NCBI GenBank assembly: GCA_002269645.1
Contig: NIVC01000379.1
Coordinates: forward strand, 1 to 35,675
DNA: 35,675 bases
Reading direction: 5' to 3'
Origin: Macrostomum lignano
Lineage: Eukaryota
Below are positions 32,401-35,675 of the stretch, one piece after another. Each line of letters begins with the position of its first letter. The stretch's first letter is position 1. The position numbers and the translations under genes were made by a program. Below the pieces are notes generated by a model. That model did no database searches and was not told the origin of the DNA. It worked only from the letters and a program-made list of their open reading frames with translations.

Positions 32401-33637
32401 TTAGCAATCTGCCTTATCACGTTTTAAACTTTGTCATAAATTTAAGGGTTAAAATTAGGTTCATATGGTATATGTGGATAGGCGCCTATCTCTGCTCTCC
32501 TCTCTTCTCTCCTACTGGTACCTTCTCTTCCATCTCTTTACTTTTCTTTTTACCTTTCATTAGCGTTATTATTCGACGCATTGTATTAAAAGGGAAGAAA
32601 CTAAAGCCTTCGAAAACGATTCACGTTTGTTTTTATTTTAATTATTTAGTTATTAAATAGAACAGAAGATACTAATTAAAAAGATTTTTATTTTTACTAC
32701 TTTTGCTAGTAGTGAGTTTCGAATACTTAAGACCCAAAAAAACTCGAAAAGCGCATAGTAACAACCAATGACCGAGTAAACTACCGATCGAGGAAACTAC
32801 TGATGAGGAAACTACCAATCGAGGAAACTACCTAGTGAGGAAACTACCGATCGAGGAAACTACCGATCGAGGAAACTACCGATCAAGGAAACTACCGATC
32901 GAGGAAACTACCGATCAAGGAAACTACCGATCGAGGAAACTACCGATCGAGGAAACTACCGATCGAGGAAACTACCGATCGAGGAAACTACCAATAGAGG
33001 AAACTACCGATCGAGGAAACTACCGATCGAGAAAACTACGATCGAGGAAACTACCGATCGAGGAAACTACCGATCGAGGAAACTACCGATCGAGGAAACT
33101 ACCAATGGAGGAAACTACCGATCGAGGAAACTACCGATCGAGAAATACCATAGAGGAAACTACCGATCGAGGAAACTACCGATCGAGAAAACTACCGATC
33201 GAGGAAACTACCGATCGAGGAAACTACCGATCGAGGAAACTACCGATCGAGGAAACTACCAATGGAGGAAACTACCGACTGAAAAATCTACCAAAAGAAG
33301 AGACCACCGAACGAGGAATCTATCATTAGAGGAAACTACCGACCAAGGATACAAATAAAGGAAACTACCGATCGATAAATTGCATCTTTCGGACTATACG
33401 TAAATGTACAATCTACATCACAGCTGCAGTACCTTTTCGCCGTCCTATAAAGCTTGCTACAATCCCGACCGCCAGTGAAGCGGTCAGAAAGACGCCCAGA
33501 ACCACGTAGTCGACAGGTGAAAACTGATTATTAGTTTGCTGGTGCTTGGCGAAAGCTCCAGCGCCTTGACGAGATCCCGGTAGAGAGCTCCACAGAGCTT
33601 GCGGCACCAGGTTTGACTGCCACAATGAATTGTTCAT
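17452..33637 (-). CDS. SLC5 sodium:solute symporter (SMCT/NIS/SMVT-like), complete 15-exon model, ~703 aa
   Basis: Exons: 33637-33433, 31997-31735, 31025-30957, 30853-30802, 29923-29850, 29624-29544, 29449-29376, 28134-27995 (1 bp short vs copy 1), 27473-27338, 26099-26014, 25901-25786, 19982-19825, 18987-18812, 18009-17909, 17831-17452. Motifs include VDYVVLGVF, EFVMGGR, PVALSLLVSF, YLELRF, YAPATAL, GGLKAVIWTDVFQ, DPRVRHTVW, QASVQRY, CDP, PGLFIASLFAGALS and GAPLLGLF. Confidence 0.92.
18146..18700 (+). repeat. Composite 24/30-bp minisatellite, SLC5 intron 13
   Basis: Units GATATGGTGTCCCATAAGAGAGTG (24 bp) and GACATTGCGTCCCACGGCTACAAGAGAGTG (30 bp) are interleaved. Confidence 0.9.
19093..19813 (+). 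repeat. 27/28-bp AT-rich dimeric minisatellite (CCATTGTACTTTAGTCTGGTATCTTAA / CTATTGTACTTTAGTCTGGTATCTAAAA), interrupted by a SINE, SLC5 intron 12
   Basis: Units at 19093-19173 and 19538-19813. Confidence 0.92.
19177..19537 (+). mobile_element. tRNA-derived SINE, ~360 bp, apparently full length
   Basis: tRNA-like 5' end GGGGGCCGTAGCCCAGCGGTAGAGC. Pol III A box TAGCCCAGCGG (19185-19195). B box GGCTCGATTCC (19228-19238, one mismatch to GGTTCGANTCC). AATAAAAAAAA tail. Related fragments elsewhere in the window. Confidence 0.85.
20085..20640 (+). repeat. ~20-bp GC-rich minisatellite (GCTAGCGCCTCCCCTCTGTA), complete array, SLC5 intron 11
   Basis: Tandem units visible directly. Confidence 0.95.
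20996..25746 (+). mobile_element. Ty3/Gypsy (Mag-like) LTR retrotransposon, copy 2, 4.75 kb, in SLC5 intron 11
   Basis: LTRs at 20996-21236 and 25507-25746. TSD CAGCC at 20991-20995 and 25747-25751. PBS-like TGGCGTCGCAAG at 21237-21248. PPT GAGGAGAGA immediately before the 3' LTR. Domain order PR-RT-RH-IN. Confidence 0.97.
21236..25234 (+). CDS. Gag-Pol polyprotein in a single frame (~1332 codons) interrupted by one in-frame TAA at 21527-21529
   Basis: Gag N-terminus MASQAIALSLPGTF...WKNWTRRFESYL. Paired zinc knuckles CNRCGRQGHAEC and CRKCGKIGQFARAC. Protease ILIDSGAGCN. RT LDVAKAFYQI and IHDDIVVFG. RNase H LIVDAG...YSQIEKEALAV...TDHKPL. Integrase HAGHLG...CRSC, DFLGP, TDNGPPF, NGMTERLN. No env or chromodomain seen. 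Mag-clade placement is inferred from the paired knuckles and motifs. Confidence 0.93.
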
Positions 33638-34483
33638 TTTGTTGAAGAGTTTCCTCGGTCAGACCAATAAACGGTAATCGAAAGTTGAAAAAAGGAATTT
33701 GAACTCTTAATTAATTTCTGGCTTTGAGAAAAGCTAAATACTTGATTGAAAAGGCTTTAAGTACTTGCTTAGGCTTCTCTTATCCTTTCTTTATTTCACA
33801 TTTTAACACAAACTGTTCTATAAAGCGTCTACAACATATGCGCAGTTAGTTTAGAGATTTAGAACGTGCAATGCACGACATTTAGCAGTGCACGATACAG
33901 ATAGCTCGTCAAAAAACAAACGTGCATGGCAAATAGGTGTTTAAAAATTTTAAAAATTTTAATTTTAATTTTAAAGACATTTTAAAGATATTTTAACATT
34001 CAACATTAACTTTAACATTTAACTTTAATTTTAACATTTTAAAGACATTTTAATTTAAAAATTTTCTTTAATTCTAAAGACACACTTTTCTTCTCAAAGA
34101 AGAAAATGAAAAAGCAATACTTGCGTTGTTACCTGCACTTATAACACAGTCACTGCAGCAGGATATGAACAGACAATTTTTTTCTTCAACTGTAAACTGT
34201 AAAAAATTGAAAATCCTTAAGGCTTCTCTGCCGTATAAGAAGAGTGAGTTAAAGTAACGCAAAAGTAACGCAAAAGTAACGCAAACCCGTAATCTGTAGT
34301 CGTCATTGCTGAAAAAGCAAAAACTGCTCTTAAATAATTGTGTCTCTTTTATAGAAATTTTATCGGAACCGAGTGTAGCATCCTAGATCCCTAAAAGTTA
34401 CTTTTGGTTTACCAAGATTTAATAAAAAGTATGTCTAAAAATAGTTTCTTATTCTTGCGCATACAATTCGAATTCGCGGTTGT

Positions 34484-35456
34484 TCAAACAGAAGCAGCCA
34501 CCATGCATTCAAAAGTCTTCATTGAGTAGTAGTGGTTCAGTGGATAGCCAATGCCTGGGAAGAGAACGTAAGTCCGTCGGCCCACAACGGCTCAGACAAG
34601 TAAAAAGCTGCTGGAGGCGTGAAGTACCGACCGTTCGGTTGAAGCAGTGACAACTGCCGTACCACCAGGCTCCTTGGTAGGTGACTGCGCAGTTACTGGA
34701 CCATGTGTCTTGATCCTTATCCTGTGTGCTGAACATCGCATTGTTCATGTAGGCACCAACGGTATGACTGCAAGTTGCAAACATTCGACCGACTGACATC
34801 AGGCTCTCCGACGCTGACTCGGTATCCCTGACTGGCGTCCTGCACGGCGAAGTTAGCGTCCTCCCACCAGTAGCGAGTGCCGTTCCAGTCGCTCATCTCC
34901 CACCTCACGCGCCTGTCTCCGCGGCGAGTGAGCTGGTGGATCGCTTCCAGACCCATCCAGTAGTTTCTGTCCTCGCCCTGTCCGAACTCAGTCAAGTAGT
35001 TTGTCCAGTTCCGGTAGAAATCTACCGAGCCGTCCACTCGGTGCTGGAAGGTTCGCCAGCAGGTTCGTCCGAGCTCGTCCAGCTGTCTCACCTGTAATAT
35101 CACGGTTAGCCAAATGCATAACGATTGAAACAGACATTGAATAAAAATGGATCGCACGTGAGCACCTACCAGCAGCAGAGGCAAGAGTCGAGTTTCTCGC
35201 ATTGCGGCACTTTCTGCATCCGCTGCGTTCCAAGCTGGCAGCTGTACAATCGACAAGTGTACCGCTCGCGATCGAACTTAATCGCTTGGTGCTGCGGTCT
35301 AGCGAGAGTCGCGCACTCCAAGTCGCGCTCCGCACGCCAGCCACCGAGCTGTCAAGCTTGTACTCGCATCAGGTCGTCTCTCTGCACGGTCCAGTTGAGC
35401 TGCGACGAAGCAGTTCTACACAGCAGAGTGATTACTACAAGAAGTTCAGCATTCAT
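34484..35456 (-). pseudogene. FReD gene copy 2 with multiple 1-bp indels (probably consensus errors near the window end)
   Basis: Colinear with 14270-15239; ORF fragments 34509-34799, 34717-35256 and 34988-35344 carry the same motifs in shifting frames. Confidence 0.8.
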
Positions 35457-35675
35457 CTTCGTTTCGTAGAGCTTCTCAGTAGTAGGGGCTGACTTTCTGC
35501 AGTTGTCTCGGCTTTGAAAATTTACAGTTAGTTGCAGTTGTTTGCTGAATCAACTGGATGGTTTCTTTCTCAAATCGCTTTCAGACTGAGAAGCGAGAAA
35601 GAGTTTTTTATTGCAATTTCTATCTGACTTCGGCTAGAATTTTCCCTGTCTAGGGGTTGGAAGAGAAAATTCCAT

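Larger units (their letters stand above)
20235..35675 (+). repeat. Copy 2 (partial) of the ~20.2-kb direct segmental repeat
   Basis: Same order of LTR element, SLC5 exons, minisatellites and FReD gene as 1-15460. The left boundary falls inside a minisatellite, so it is approximate. Confidence 0.97.

Overview
Eukaryotic (invertebrate-like, intron-rich) genomic DNA made of about 1.76 head-to-tail copies of a ~20.2-kb unit: 1-15460 recurs at ~20235-35675. Each unit carries two minus-strand spliced genes. One is a 2-exon secreted fibrinogen-related-domain (FReD) gene (intact at 14270-15239). The other is a 15-exon SLC5 sodium:solute symporter of the SMCT/NIS/SMVT type (~703 aa; all 15 exons at 17452-33637, exons 1-11 again at 5557-13419). 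Intron 11 of the SLC5 gene holds an antisense, full-length Ty3/Gypsy (Mag-like) LTR retrotransposon with 240-bp LTRs, a CAGCC target-site duplication and a single gag-pol frame with one in-frame TAA. The introns also hold a tRNA-derived SINE, SINE fragments and at least eight different tandem-repeat families. Most differences between the two copies are 1-bp indels concentrated toward the window ends, which looks like long-read consensus error. Whether the duplication is a true tandem array, a circle or an assembly loop cannot be decided from the sequence. No prokaryotic system or CRISPR array is supported. Exon boundaries were read by hand from GT/AG sites and family motifs; no database searches were run.
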